A program made the translations under genes and the position numbers. This document shows, piece after piece, positions 37,990 to 51,630 of a stretch of DNA of 64,000 bases. The notes beneath the pieces are model-generated. The model was given only the letters and a program-made list of their open reading frames with translations, ran no database searches and was not told the origin of the DNA. The stretch spans positions 25,298,001 to 25,362,000 of the forward strand of contig NC_086118.1 in assembly GCF_963921235.1 (NCBI RefSeq). Direction: 5' to 3'. Within the stretch, counting starts at the first letter, position 1; every line of letters starts with the position of its first letter. Source of the stretch: Mobula hypostoma (lineage: Eukaryota).

Positions 37990-38320
37990 CCTCCTTTTAC
38001 AACTGAGATTGAGGAAGCTGAGTCTCTCTGACTCTTCTCTGTCTGTCAGTTCCCTTTGTGTTACTGTCCCATCACTCCCCACTCTGTCAACCCTGCTTTG
38101 CTCCCCCCCCGACATTACCCCCTCTGTAAATCTCTGCTGTACTGCTCCCCTCTCTGCCATTACACGTTCTGTCATTCTCCTGCTCTGCCTCTCCCATCTT
38201 GTTGTTGTCCTTTATCTTACACCTCTCTCTGTTGTCATCCCTAGGTAGTTCTGCTGTCTGTTGTTTCTCTCTCCAACTCTCCTCCTTGTCATTCCTCTCG
38301 CAGTTACTCTCTCCTATGAC
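37990..38320. repeat. CT-rich low-complexity tract
   Basis: Strong pyrimidine skew with decayed (CT)n and CTGT units. Confidence 0.7.
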
Positions 38321-39813
38321 AAAACCCCTCACTGGCAAGTATCTCTATCATGGGCTGTTAACTCTGCTCATGGGTAAATTGTTCATTGTTTGAAACCCAA
38401 CTTGAGGTACAATAGCTATCATCTGGGTTCGGAGTGTCAACAGCTTTAAAATCTACAAATTGGCCGCTTGTATTAAACAGTCACAATGAGCACTTTTCCA
38501 GTGGGAACTAAGAAAGCAGCTGTGAGCACTAAGGTTTTACTGATTTCTGCATCTGTGCCTTCTAATTAATCCCATGAATTGACAACATCCTTCTTATCAT
38601 TTATGCAATGATGACATCTGGGAAGTCCAGGAAGCTATGCACGCTCTTAAATTTAGACATAATTGGAAGTCTTGTTCAAATTACCTATTTTATCAGTGGT
38701 GATGTGCATCCTCCTTCACTGGGTGACATTATGCAGTAGCTTCCAAACACACTTGAGTTAAAAGCGGAACTTGGCATGAAATTAGCTACTGGTTACACTT
38801 CCATTTTCATTGTATCTATTCACCCTGCTGAACACCAATTCACACTTTAAAAAAACATTCTGCCATTAAATAATTATTAGGCTATGCTGAATTTTTGAAA
38901 AATACCCATTTCGTAATAGAATTTGATATATGCTTAATTTCAAGTGTGGTTAATTGAATACTTGACATAATTTACATCAGTACAAATCACCCCGAGGGCA
39001 ATATTTCAAAATGGGGTGAAATCCTTTTACAGGAAACAGTTTGAGGGAGAGATTTCCCTTTGGTTAAAAACAAAAGAAGGAGGGAGAAAAGACTACTATT
39101 GTATTGCGGATTAGGACCATTAAAGTCAATGGACTTGGAGCTGAGTCCAACTATATGCATTATAAGCATTATAACCAATGCTTACAATTAGGGGCAGATG
39201 TAGTTCATAGATATTTTTCATGAGACAGGAACTAGAAATCTTTCAACGATACAAGATCTTCTCATTGATTGTTGTGAATTTTATTAAATACACAATGCAA
39301 ATATCCTGTTTAGTTACTTGCCAACATAATAAACTACAAGCCTAACCTTATCACGGAGCATGATGGGGATAATTGGCCAACAAAGGAATGTATCAGTATG
39401 GTCTGAGGTAGCAGATTCTCCAGTTCAGCTGTGACAGGGCACAAGATGTCAGTCAACATGGAAATATTAATCCACATTTAATCCTGGAAGATGAAGACCA
39501 GATAAGGATAAGGAAGAAAAAGTGAATCGGCTATGAATAGTAGTCAGATGGGATACATGTAGTTATAGGATGGGCTGTAAATATGGAAATGGAGGTATCT
39601 TGTATCATAGAGACATCAAGATACTGTAATAAGTTATGGCAGGGGAAAGTGGGAATCATTCTTCGACCTACGTGCAGGAATTAAAGCAGAAAATGCTGAA
39701 AAATTTTAGCAGGTCAGGCAGCAAATGTGGAAAGAGAAACATTTAACATTTCAGACTGAAGGCATTTCAGCAAAAGTGAGAAAGAGAGAAAACAAGACCC
39801 AGAACCTTTGAAT

Positions 39814-41723
39814 CATGGGCTAAGAGAGTTGTAAAAGAGCGCCTGAAGGCTTTGTGTGTCAATGCAAGGAGCATTCGTAACAAGGTGGATGAATTGAAAG
39901 TGCAGATTGTTATTAATGATTATGATATAGTTGGGATCACAGAGACATGGCTCCAGGGTGACCAAGGATGGGAGCTCAACATTCAGGGATATTCAATATT
40001 CAGGAGGGATAAACATGAAAGAAAAGGAGGTGGGGTGGCGTTGCTGGTTAAAGATAAGATTAACGCAATAGAAAGGAAGGACATAAGTCGGGAAGATGTG
40101 GAATCGATATGGGTAGAGCTGCATAACACTAAGGGGCAGAAAACGCTGGTGGGAGTTGTGTACAGGCCACCTAACTGTAGTAGTGAGGTCGGAGATGGTA
40201 TTAAACAGGAAATTAGAAATGTGTGCAATAAAGGAACAGCAGTTATAATGGGTGACTTCAATCTACATGTAGACTGGGTGAACCAAATTGGTAAAGGTGC
40301 TGAGGAGGAGGATTTCTTGGAATGTCTGCGGGATGGTTTTTTGAACCAACATGTCGAGGAACCAACTAGAGAGCAGGCTATTCTAGACTGGGTTTTGAGC
40401 AATGAGGAAGGGTTAATTAGCAATCTTGTCGTGAGCGGCCCCTTGGGTAAGAGTGACCATAATATGGTGGAATTCTTCATTAAGATGGAGAGTGATATAG
40501 TTAATTCAGAAACAAAGGTTCTGAACTTAAAGAGGGGTAACTTTGAAGGTATGAGACGTGAATTAGCTAAGATAGACTGGCAAATGACACTTAAAGAATT
40601 GACGGTGGATATGCAATGGCAAGCATTTAAAGATTGCATGGATGAACTACAACAATTGTTCATCCCAGTTTGGCAATAAAATAAATCAAGGAAGGTAGTG
40701 CACCCGTGGCTGACAAGAGGAATTAGGGATAGTATCAATTCCAAAGAAGAAGCATACAAATTAGCCAGAAAAAGTGGCTCACCTGAGGACTGGGAGAAAT
40801 TCAGAGTTCAGTAGAGGAGGACAAAGGGCTTAATTAGGAAGGGGAAAAAAGATTATGAGAGAAAACTGGCAGGGAACATAAAAACGGACTGTAAAAGCTT
40901 TTATAGATATGTAAAAAGGAAAAGACTGGTAAAGACAAATGTAGGTCCCCTACAGACAGAAACAGGTGAACTGATTATGGGGAGCAAGGACATGGCAGAC
41001 CAATTGAATAATTACTTTGGTTCTGTCTTCACTAAGGAGGACATAAATAATCTTCCAGAAATAGTAGGGGACAGAGGGTCCAGTGAGATGGAGGAACTGA
41101 GTGAAATACATGTTAGTAGAGAAGTGGTGTTAGGTAAATTGAATGTGAGACCACACCTGGAGTATTGTGTGCAGTTTTGGTCCCCTAATCTGAGGAAAGA
41201 CATCCTTGCCATAGAGGGAGTACAAAGAAGGTTCACCAGATTGATTCCTGGTATGGCAGGACTTTCATGTGAAGAAAGACTGGATGAACTAGGCTTGTAC
41301 TCATTGGAATTTAGAAGACTGAGGGGGGATCTGATTGAAACGTATAAAATCCTAAAGGGATTGGACAGGCTAGATGCAGGAAGATTGTTCCCGATGTTGG
41401 GGAAGTCCAGAACGAGGGGTCACAGGTTGAGGATAAGGGGGAAGCCTTTTAGGACTGAGATTAGGGAAAACTTCTTCACACAGAGAGTGGTGAATCTGTG
41501 GAATTCTCTGCCACAGGAAACAGTTGAGGCCAGTTCATTGGCTATATTTAAGAGGGAGTTAGATATGGCCCTTGTGGCTATAGGGATCAGGGGGTATGGA
41601 GGGAAGGCTGGTGCAGGGTTCTGAGTTGGATGATCAGCCATGATCATAATAAATGGCGATGCAGGCTCAAAGGGCCGAATGGCCTACTCCTGCACCTATT
41701 TTCTATGTTTCTATGTTTCTATG
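39814..41723 (+). mobile_element. Young CR1 LINE ORF2 with intact-looking APE endonuclease and the RT core deleted
   Basis: NARSIRNK, GITETW, GVVYRPP, MGDFN and SDHN motifs. In-frame stops at 40677 and 40812, junction EVVLGKLN|VRPHLEYCVQFW at about 41144, and a (TTTCTATG)n tail. Confidence 0.95.
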
Positions 41724-42814
41724 ATGCTGTGTTTTGGCCTGAAACGTCAGCCACCCCTCTTGTTTCCACAGAAGGACACCCACATGATTACAAGGAAAAC
41801 GTACAAACTGCTCCTCGACAGTGGTGGGAATTGAACCCAAGCCCCTGTCGCTGTAATAGTATTACACTACCATGCTATGTCAATCAGACACAATGCCTGC
41901 TAAATCACCTGCTATAGGTTTGATGTAGCACCTTAAACCAAAACACCTGTTCCCATTTCTAGACGAAAAACAAAATTCTCCCTCTTTCCCCTTTACCAAT
42001 TATGCTGTTGTGTCTCTTTTGTTCTGAGTCAGATATTTTGCTTAATTTTGTTGTCTACTAGGAATCATTACTTAAAAGTAAGGGGTTATTTCAGACTGAG
42101 ATTAGGCAAAATCTTTTCTTGGAAAGTTTTGCAGACTTTGGTATGCACTTCCTCAAAGAACAGTGAAGACAAGACCATTTCTAAACCAATAACATTACAC
42201 ATGTCCTTTCACACCCAGTCTCATTACCCAATTCTACACTTCTAGCATTAGAATGAGGAAATGCATTTGACACATACAGTAAAGGGAAAAAGTGTTTGGC
42301 ATTGCTGGAAATAATCAGGGGCAAAGCAATTAAATGATTCAATGAAGTGTTATAATTTTAGGAACACAAACTGGTCGTTGATGGTAACTTTGCTTAGACC
42401 ATACAATTTCCTTATCATAACTACTCATTTTGTGCTGTGTAAATATGTTGTCTATTCCCTCTGGATATTAATTGGTATCTTTTATCTTTTTACTGGTGAT
42501 TGAAGTTTGGACTATCTGTAGCAACTCAGTAGGCAAACAGATCAGAGGTTGCAGTTTAACTATGCCATGTCGGTATAAGGTTTGCAAGAGGATTATGACC
42601 AAGATAAGGGCAGCGTACTGTCAGTAGCAGTAAGCCTGATTCACAGTGTTCGTGGAATTTAAATTTAATCCATGCCTACACCTAGTTTCAAATGCAACCT
42701 GCTCTGCTGTACCACAGACCATCTTTTGAATAGGAATGGGCTGGACTGACTTGGATCTGACCCACTGCCCGAATGCACCACATGTAGTACCGAGCCAACT
42801 GCATTAACCAGATC

Positions 42815-43380
42815 CAGATTCAGAATCAGAATCAGATTTAATAACTCCAGCATAGGTTGTGAAATTTTATTAACTTTATGGCAGCAATACAATGAAATAC
42901 ATGATACATAAATATAGGGGGGAAAACGAGTTACATTAACTATATATATGCTTATTAAATAGTTAAGTTAAAATAATTAGTGTAAAATTATAGAAACAAA
43001 AAAAGTAGTGAGATAGTGTTCAGAGGTTCAATGTCCATTTAGAAATCGGATGGTAGAGAGGCAGAAGCTGTTCCTGAATCGCTGACTGTATGCCTTCAGG
43101 CTTCTGTACCTCCTACCTGATGGTAACAGTGTGAAGAGGGTATGTCCTGTGTGGTGGGGATCCTTAATTATTGACGCCACTTTCCTAAGTCACCGCTCCT
43201 TGAAGATGTCTCGGATACTGTGGAGGCTGGTACTCATGACAGAGATGACTAATTTTACAAGTTTCAGCAACTTATTTCAGTCTTGTGCAGTAGCACCCCC
43301 CCGCCCCGCCATATCTGACAGTGATGCAGCCAGTCAGAATATTCCCCACAGTAGGTTTTTAGAATTTTTTGTGTGTTTTA
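42815..43380 (-). mobile_element. Rex1-type LINE 3' fragment
   Basis: (AGAATC)n tail complement at about 42815-42837; reverse match to the 3430-3900 region. Confidence 0.85.
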
Positions 43381-43428
43381 ATTGAAATATGAAAGGTCAC
43401 TCAAACTGACTGTCCACATTCAAATTCA

Positions 43429-43693
43429 AAAGACCTCCCACAAGGCTGGCCTGTTAGCACCTGCCAGGCCTCAGATGCCGGAAAGTCCTTCCACGAGGCA
43501 GGCTTGTTAGCACCTGCCAGGCCTCAGATGCCGGAAAGTACTCCCACGAGGCAGGCTTGTTAGCACCTGTTAGGCCTCAGATGCCGGAAAGTACTCCCAC
43601 GAGGCAGGCTTGTTAGCACTTGCCAGGCCTCAGATGCCAGAAAGTCCTCCCACAAGGCAGGCTTCTTAGCACTAGTTAGGTCTCAGATGCCGG
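43429..43693 (+). repeat. Minisatellite, 5 x 53 bp
   Basis: Unit AAAGTCCTCCCACGAGGCAGGCTTGTTAGCACCTGCCAGGCCTCAGATGCCGG. TCAGATG recurs at 43471, 43524, 43577, 43630 and 43683. Confidence 0.97.
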
Positions 43694-44117
43694 ATCTGGA
43701 TCCCAGACAAAAACACACGAAAATGGGAACAGGATGGCAAGCCTGCCCCACTATTCAGTACAATCATAATTGATTTATATTGGCCTCCATTCCTCTCCTG
43801 GCCGGTTTTCCATAAGCTTCTATTCCTTGATCGATCAAATATTTATCTATCTTCACTTTAAACATACCTAATGGTTTGGCCTCTGCCACCCTAGGGGGCC
43901 AAGAGTTCCTAGATTCATCACTCTCTAAGAGAAACTATTTCTCTGCACTTTAGTTATAAATGGCACTTCCCTTATTTTGTATTTATGAGTCCTTGTTCAT
44001 GACTCTCCCACCAGAATAAACATCTCAACATCTACTCTAACAGGACTCCATTAGGATCTTATATGCTTGAACTAATTCAACCTGATTCATCTAAACTTCA
44101 AGGAATACAGACACAAT

Positions 44118-45178
44118 CTGTTGAACTTTCTGACTAACAGACCCCAATCAGTTAAGTTAGACAATCTCTCCTCCTCCACTCTCTCCCTGAACACCGGCAT
44201 GCCTCAAGGCTGTGTGCTGAGCCCTCTTCTGTACTCCTTTTTCATCTATGACTACGTTCCTCTACATGGTTCTAACTCTGTAATCAAGTTCACAGATGAG
44301 ACCAAGGTGGTTGGTCTGATCAGAGGGTATGACAAGACGGCCTACAGGGACGAGATCCAGCACCTGGCCGCGTGGTGTGCTGACGACAACCTGACCCTTA
44401 ACACCCAGAAGACCAAAGAAATCATTGTGGACTTCAGCATGCTAGGAGCTACACTCATGTCCCCATCTACATCAACGGAGCTGTAGTGGAGCGTGTATCA
44501 AGCTTCAAGTTCCTTGGTGTCCACATTTCTGAGGATCTCACTTAGTCCCTGAACTCCTCCATCCTGGTCAAAAAGGCACAACAGTGCCTTTATTTTCTGC
44601 TGCTCATCAAGAAAGCTCACCTCCGTCCCAGGATACTGAGGGACTTTTACCGCTGTACCATTGAGAGCATACTCACCAACTGCATCTCAGTGTGGTATGG
44701 CATTGTCCCGTATCGAACCGCAAAGCACTCCAGTGTGTGGTGAAAACTGCCCAGCGGATTAACAGCACCCAATTGCCCACCATTGAGAACATCTACCATA
44801 AATGCTGCCTGGGCAGGGCGAAAAGCATTATCAAGGATGCATCTCACCCTAACCATAGACTTCTTACTCTCTTCCCATTTGGTAGGCACTACAGGAGCCT
44901 CCACTCCCACACCAGCAGGCACAGGAAGAGCTTCTTCCCTGAGGCTGTGACCCTGCTGAACCTCACATCACAGCGCTAAGCAGTATTGCACCCATATTGT
45001 ACTGTCTCAGTACTTTTATATTTGTGTGCTCTAGCACTTACCTTTTATTCACAGTTATTTTGTAAATAACACTATTCTTTGCATTTCTGGTCAGATGCTA
45101 ACTGCATTTCATTGGCTTTGTATCTGTACTCAGCACAGTGACAATGAAGTTGAATCTAATCCAATCAAATCAAATCTA
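44118..45178 (+). mobile_element. Rex1/Babar-type LINE 3' half
   Basis: FLTNRPQSV, TGMPQGCVLSPLLYS, KFTDETKVVGLI and LNTQKTKEIIVDF, with an aatct/aatca tail. Confidence 0.92.
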
Positions 45179-45239
45179 GTCTCTTGATAAGACTACCCTC
45201 TCATTCCAGGAAGTGGCCCAGTGAATCTCTTTTGGACTC

Positions 45240-45720
45240 AAAACGTAAATTTATTATCAAATTAAGTTTGTTACCATATACTTGCCATGAGATTTATTTT
45301 CTTGCAGGAATTTACAGGAAAAAAAGAAATACAGTAGAATTTATGAAAAACTATTCATAAACAAAGACTGACAAACAATTGATTTGCAAAAGAAGATAAG
45401 CAGAACAAGTAATAAATAATAATACTGAGAACATAAGTTGTCCCTGAAAGTGAGTCTGTAGGTTGGAGAATCAGTTCAAATTAGTGGTGACTGAAGGTAT
45501 AAGTGCTCGTTTAGGAGCCTGATGGTTGTAGGGTAATAACTTCATGAACCAGGTGGTGTGGGACTGAAGGCAGCTGTAGCTCCCGCCCAATGGTAGTAGT
45601 GAGAAGTGAGCATGGCCTGGATGATGGGGATATTGGATGATGAATGCTGCTTTGTTGTGGCAGTGCTCTATGTAAGCGTGTTCAATGGTGGGGAGGGCTT
45701 TGCCAGTGATGGACTGCTTG
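45240..45720 (-). mobile_element. Rex1-type LINE 3' fragment
   Basis: SITGKALPTIEH...HHPGHAHFSLLP on the minus strand. Confidence 0.85.
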
Positions 45721-46216
45721 TATCTATTACTTTCTATTGGAGGACTGTTTTTAATGCTACTATATCCTTTTTTAGGTAGGGAGAGCAGAAATATGTACAG
45801 TATATACAATGCTCCAAATGGGGCCTCAGCAACAACCTATATAATTATAACAAAATCAACCTGTACTTACCCTCAACCTCTTTGCAATAAAAGCTGTTTG
45901 CTTTCCTAACTACTTGTTGAACCTGCCTACTAACTTTATGTGACCTCAAGCATGAGATTACCCCGATCTCTCTAAACTTCATTCCTTTGTAGCCTTTTTC
46001 TGGTCGGTTAGCCTACTTTTTGATTCCTCTTACCAAAGTGCATGATTTCCCTTCCCTGCATTAAATTCCATTTGCCAGGTTTTTGTTCGCTAACTCTGTA
46101 TATCAATATCCTGTTGTAGAATCACAATTTTTCATCACGACTGGCCCTTCCACCCTTTCATCTCTCTTCATATCATCAGCAAACTTGAATGCCTTACATT
46201 TTGTTCCCTTCTCTAG

Positions 46217-46409
46217 GTCATGGTCGTAACTCCTAATCATAAAACTAATCGAAAGAAAAACACATAGCTGGGAATACCCAAGTATGTTTTGTTTCTCTTT
46301 AGTGAGACACATTGTGGCATAATGATGTATGACATTCACATACTTTTACATATAACCTGTAATGAATTATTTAAACAAAGAATGCTTAGTCGAACAATAT
46401 ATTTACAAC
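46217..46409 (-). mobile_element. Partial solo LTR related to the Gypsy LTRs at 55347 and 61431
   Basis: Shares gtggcataatga.gtatgacattca..tactt.tacatataacc..taatgaattat...aatgctta..c.aa.aatatatttacaaca with those LTRs. Confidence 0.85.
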
Positions 46410-46854
46410 ATGATTTACCTTTCATAAAACCATGTTGACTAAAGTTTGAAAACATTCTGCTTCCCTAAACTATATGATTAATTATTTCCTCTTTTATTAA
46501 CTATTCTATCCTCTTGTCAACAATAGATATTAACTAAGTAGTTGTCTTCTTCCGTTTTTCAAAAAGGCCTGTTTTCTAAACTTCTGGAACGCTTCTGGAA
46601 TCAAGCGAGTTTGAAAAATTGTATCAAACAAATCTGCAATCTCTGCAGCCATCATAAACCTTTGGTTGCAGGTCATCGTGTGCTGGTGGATTTTATTAGG
46701 ATTTTTAAAAGTCTCTTATTTTATTTGAAATCATCTTAGGGACATTTCATGGTGTTTTCCATGGTGAAAGCTGATGCAGAAATATTGACTTAACATACCT
46801 ACTATTTCTTTGTATAATAGTAGTTCTGTTAAATCAATATTCACCAGTCTTGTA

Positions 46855-47175
46855 CATGGATAGGAAGAAGTACGTAGACAAGAAAAGTCATCATTACGGA
46901 CCCCCACCACCTGGATATGCCCTCTACTCATTACTACCATCTAGGAGGAGGTACAAGAGCCTTAAGTCCCACGCTCAACGTTTTAGGAACAGTTTCTTCC
47001 CCTCCGCCATCAGATTTCTGAACGGTCTATGAACAATACGTCACTATTTCTCTTTTGCATTATGGATTTATTTACATTGTAACTTCCAGTCGTTTTGTAC
47101 GTTTTACATTGTCTGCAGGCACAAAACAACAAATTTTACAATATACAGTATGTCAGTAATAATAAAACTTCTGAG
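46855..47175 (+). mobile_element. Rex1-type LINE 3' tip
   Basis: YSLLPSRRRYKSLKSHAQRFRNSFFPSAIRFLN followed by UTR. Confidence 0.85.
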
Positions 47176-50019
47176 GTTAAGAGTGAAATGAGCCAAATAC
47201 AATTAAGTGAATTAGTTTCGGTAGGCGGCTTGGTTGCCAAGACAAGTGGGGCAGAAAGGCCTATTTTCAAGTGGCGCACCTCAATGACAGCTTGACTCAA
47301 ATAATCTATTATTGATGTCAGAGACCTTTGGAACAGTTTCTTAATGTCTGTCAATAATCAAATAGTTATAAATTAATTTTTTAAAAGTTGTAAAAACAAA
47401 TTTCACTAACTATATTCAAAATAATTGTAAGTAATTCTAAACCTTAAAATTAAATAAAATATACAAACCATGTCCATTAGTGCATCTCTTTTGACAGGTG
47501 TGAGAAATGCCAGACAGTTTCCAACCACTTAGCTCAGCACATCAGTATTCCATTGATGGGTTCAGAGCGGAATGAGAGGTTAGGTGCACCTAAAGCCTGA
47601 GTCCAGCTTACCACTGACTTCCCGTGTTCAACCTCATATGCCTGGAACCTGAACTGAGCAGAGATGTGGACGACTGCAGACAGCCAAAAGTTTTCTTGTG
47701 TGCCTCTAGCTGAAGTTAAGCTTCAGCAGCCGCCATGTCAGAAATACAGGGCAGCTTTCAAACTTTGATCTTCTGCCAAAGTGTGTTCACGTCCTGCAGA
47801 ACTATCACGCAGACATGCAAAAGCCGAATTTTGTTGGGTTTTCGTATCCATGTGCAAATATCCCAGACTGATTAGTTGAGGTCTGCTGGTAGTTTCACAA
47901 AAATACTCTGATGCTAGACACCACATTGAATACACTGAAGTGTAGTAAACTGTTCGGATTCAGCATCTAAGAGCAAATTTTGTCCAACATTATACATTGC
48001 TTTCTAGATTAAGCCCGAAATGCATAGCAAGAATCTCCCAGTGGTAACAATCTGCAAACTTGCTAACACATCCTTTACTGGTGACCGGAAACAGCTGCAT
48101 TGATAGTAGGCTTCTTCTTGAGATAGATTAAGATGAATTTCCATGGGAAAATCTGTTTTTTCAGAATAGCAAATAGTGGTTTTTGGAACCCTAAGCTTTA
48201 TTTTTAACAAGTCAAACTCCCATGTCAATTCATCTGGGGAGGTAAAGCTGGTGAAGCAGCTTTGAAAGCCATTCGCTGTAATTATATTGAGGAATGTGAG
48301 GGGATGTTGTAGTGGGCAAGGGATGATTGAAGAAGTGTGCTGGTAACAGTGGAATAGAGAAAGGAAGAAAGTGAATAGAAATTGTGGAGAGAAATGGGAC
48401 AGGAAGAAGTACAGACCAGCCAGTGCTGAGAAACTATTTGGCTGACGTGTAACCCATGGGATTGATGATGTGGACAGAGTGGTGATTTCAATAGCGCAGG
48501 TAAACTAATCTGATGGAACAAAGCCAAGAAAAAGTCTTGGCAGATGTGCAGGAATTCAGTAAGCAAGCAATATCTGCAGCAGAATAATAAAGGCCTGGTA
48601 AACTGTATCAACAAGAATGGAGCAGAAACAGGGGCAAGATAAGCAATAGGAATAGGAAGCACATTCTCCAGGGGGATGGAAGAAATAAATGTGTCATATA
48701 AGTGGCAGCAGCAGGGCATGAACATAAATGTAATCTATGGTATTCTGACTAAGGCATTAGAAAATGGAGACGTCACTATACTTAAGTTTATAAATATATC
48801 AAAATCTATTTTTATTTCATGGATTAATTTCCCATTCCAGACAGTTCGATTAACCCCCTGAAAACATATGTGATTCTGTCACACATTAAATGTTACAACA
48901 TGTGCAATATCAACCATTAATCTAATTTACCTTTCCTACATAATTTTGTGGAACAATCACTTTAGTATTCATTGATTGGAAGAAATTCCATGCACACTAC
49001 TAATTATATATAATAAGATCTGTTTTCTTAGTATTAATCAAGTTTATATTGTCATTCCAATCAAGGATTTAACTCTCCCTTATTTTATGCTGCATATACT
49101 TTTCTTTCTCCACAGTATGCACTTGGTATGAGAATTATGGTTAGGGCACAGATTTCTCTTTAGAGTACTGTTTACTTATTCAAAACCTACAGCCTTTTCA
49201 AATCAAGGTATGCGATCCAACAACTTTATACTGTATTGTGGAATTAAAATTCCTATCTTCTGTGCTGAGCATCTTGGTCGTTCCAAGGTTACTCTGCCCC
49301 TTATCCCTGCTGTCCAGCTGTAACAAAGCCAACTAGCTGAGGAGGGCAGCAAATCCGCAAGTTTATATTTCCGCTTTATAATCAAAAAACAACAATTGTT
49401 CACGGATTTTTTCTTCTTAAAGTAACAAAGGGTAAAAATAAATAGTTGGCAAAATACACTGGCAATGTCCAGTTTTCTGGGCATTTTGTCAGAACCCTGG
49501 TTTTCTCACTTAAAGTTTGTAGATGGCACCTTTGTCCAAAGGATTACACATTTTGTGCATTCTTTACAGTACCATAACAATACTCAGATTTCATTCTCGT
49601 CTCTGTAATACCGCAATAAATGGAGCTTTGGTAAACACTTTGCCAAATCTGTAACTTCAGCCACAAAGTCGATTATTCATTGACTTTGAGTTTTTTCCCC
49701 TGAAATTATATAATTGCTTCATAAAACTGATGTTTCTGCAAACTAGGTAAGGTGTTATAATTCACTTACATTGACCTACAATATTTAAAATGTCATCAGT
49801 TTTCAATTCTAAACATCCTCACAAGGCCCAGCCCCTCAATGTCAGTGTCCTTTCCCCATAAAGACACTGCAGCAGCTATGCTAAGCTGCAGTGCATCCCC
49901 CAGCAGTACTCCTGCATCTTGGAGTGCACCAATCAGTAACGTTCGGTTGCAGTCAGCTCCTTGCTCTGGACCAACCAAGGTGTGCCTCTTAGCAAGTTGA
50001 TGATCTTCCAGTATCCTTC

Positions 50020-51312
50020 AAGAACATAAGAACATAAGAAACAGGAGCAAGAGTAGGCCATCCGGCCCATCAAGCCTGCCCCGCCATTCAATAAGGTCAT
50101 GGCTGATCTGCCTGTAAACTCAGCTCCATCTACCTGCCTTTTCCCCATAACCCTTAATATCCCTACTATGTAAAAGTCTATCAAACTGTATCTTAAATAT
50201 ATTTAGTGAAGAAGCCTCAACTGCTTCCCTGGGCAGAGAATTCCACAGATTCACCACTCTGGAAAAAACAGTTTCTCCTCATCTCCATCCTAAATCTTCT
50301 ACCCTGAATCTTGAGGCAATGTCCCCTAGTTCTAGTCTCACCTACCAATGGAAACAACTTTCCTACTTCTATCTTATCTAGCCCTTTCAAAATTTTGTAC
50401 GTTTCTGTAAGATCCCCTCTCATTCTTCTGAACTCCGGAGAGTATAGTCCCAGGCAACTCAATTGCTCCTCATAGATTAACCCCTTCAGCCCTGGAATCA
50501 ACCTAGTGAACCTCCTCTGCACTGCCTCCAAAGCCAGTATATCCTTTCGCAAATATGGGGACTAGAACTGCATACAGTGCTCCAGGTGCGGCCTCACCAG
50601 TACCCTGTATAGTTGCAGCATGACCTCCCTGCTCTTGAATTCAATCCCCCTAGCAATGAAGGCCAACATTCCGTTTGCCTTCTTAATAACCTGTTGTACC
50701 TGCAAGCCAACTTTTTGTGATTCATGAACAAGCACTCCCAAGTCCCTCTGCACAACAGCATGCTGCAATCTTTCACCATTTAAATAATAATCTGCTCTTT
50801 TATTATTCCTTCCAAAGTGGATGATCTCGCATTTACCAACTTTGTATTCCATCTGCCAGACCTTGGGCCACTCACCTAACCTATCTATATCCCTCTGCAG
50901 ACTCTCCACATCCTCTGTACAATTTGCTTTTTCACTCAGTTTAGTGTCATCAGCAAATTTTGCTACGCTACACTCAGTCCCCTCTTCCAAATCAACAGCT
51001 GCGGGCCCAGCACAGACCCCTGCGGCACCCTACTCACCACTGACACTGACTGCCAACCGGAGAAACACCCATTTATACCAACTCTCTGCCTTCTATTGGT
51101 TAACCAATCCACTATCTATGCCAATACACTTCCTCCGACTCGATGCATCCGTATCTTAGTTATAAGTCTCTTGTACAGCACCTTATCGAACGCCTTCTGG
51201 AAATCCAAGTATATGACAGCTACCTGTTCCCCTCTATCCACTGTACTCATTATGTCCTCAAAGAACTCCAGTGAGTTTGTCACACAGGACCTGCCCTTTC
51301 TGAATCTATGCT
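50020..51312 (-). mobile_element. CR1 LINE 3' part (RT C-terminus)
   Basis: AKFADDTKL, VLVRPHLEHCMQF and QRRFTRLIPG, with an (AGAACATA)n tail complement at 50020-50040. Confidence 0.95.
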
Positions 51313-51356
51313 ATGTCTTAATGTCTCTGGAAAAGGTCCGCAGAACGCGGAGTTCT

Positions 51357-51630
51357 GTAGTTTGTATTATTTTCATATTTTCTTATGACACAGGAAGAGA
51401 TTATTCAGCTCAATGGGGGGGGGGTATCTATGCCAGCTCTGAAAGTATTTTCATTAGTCTGATTCCCCTACTTATTTCACTGTCATTTATTCCCCATCAC
51501 ATGTCCATAAACCACCGCCCACCACCTCATTTCTCCTTCTGTCTAGCTACAGCAGCCAAATAACCAACTAACTAGCTTGTTCTTGGAATTTGGGATGTGT
51601 AACTGGAGAACCTGGGTGAATCTCAGGAGA
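51357..51630 (-). mobile_element. Degenerate V-SINE-like insert within the Tx1 remnant
   Basis: caaataacc.actaac...ttcttggaatttggga...aactggagaacc resembles the minus-strand SINE core at 33480-33550. Confidence 0.5.

Larger units (their letters stand above)
43720..46850 (-). mobile_element. Old minus-strand CR1 remnant fragmented by later insertions
   Basis: CR1-like 3' UTR at 43720-44117 and KFADD at about 46170-46190. Interrupted by Rex1 copies and an LTR fragment. Confidence 0.65.

Noticed and set aside
39852..40679. 275-aa ORF as a domesticated endonuclease gene
   Set aside because: It is ordinary young CR1 ORF2 sequence, ended by a nonsense codon and followed by the LINE tail.
43429..43693. 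Regular repeats resembling a CRISPR array
   Set aside because: The units are contiguous with no unique spacers, there are no cas genes, and the context is vertebrate.
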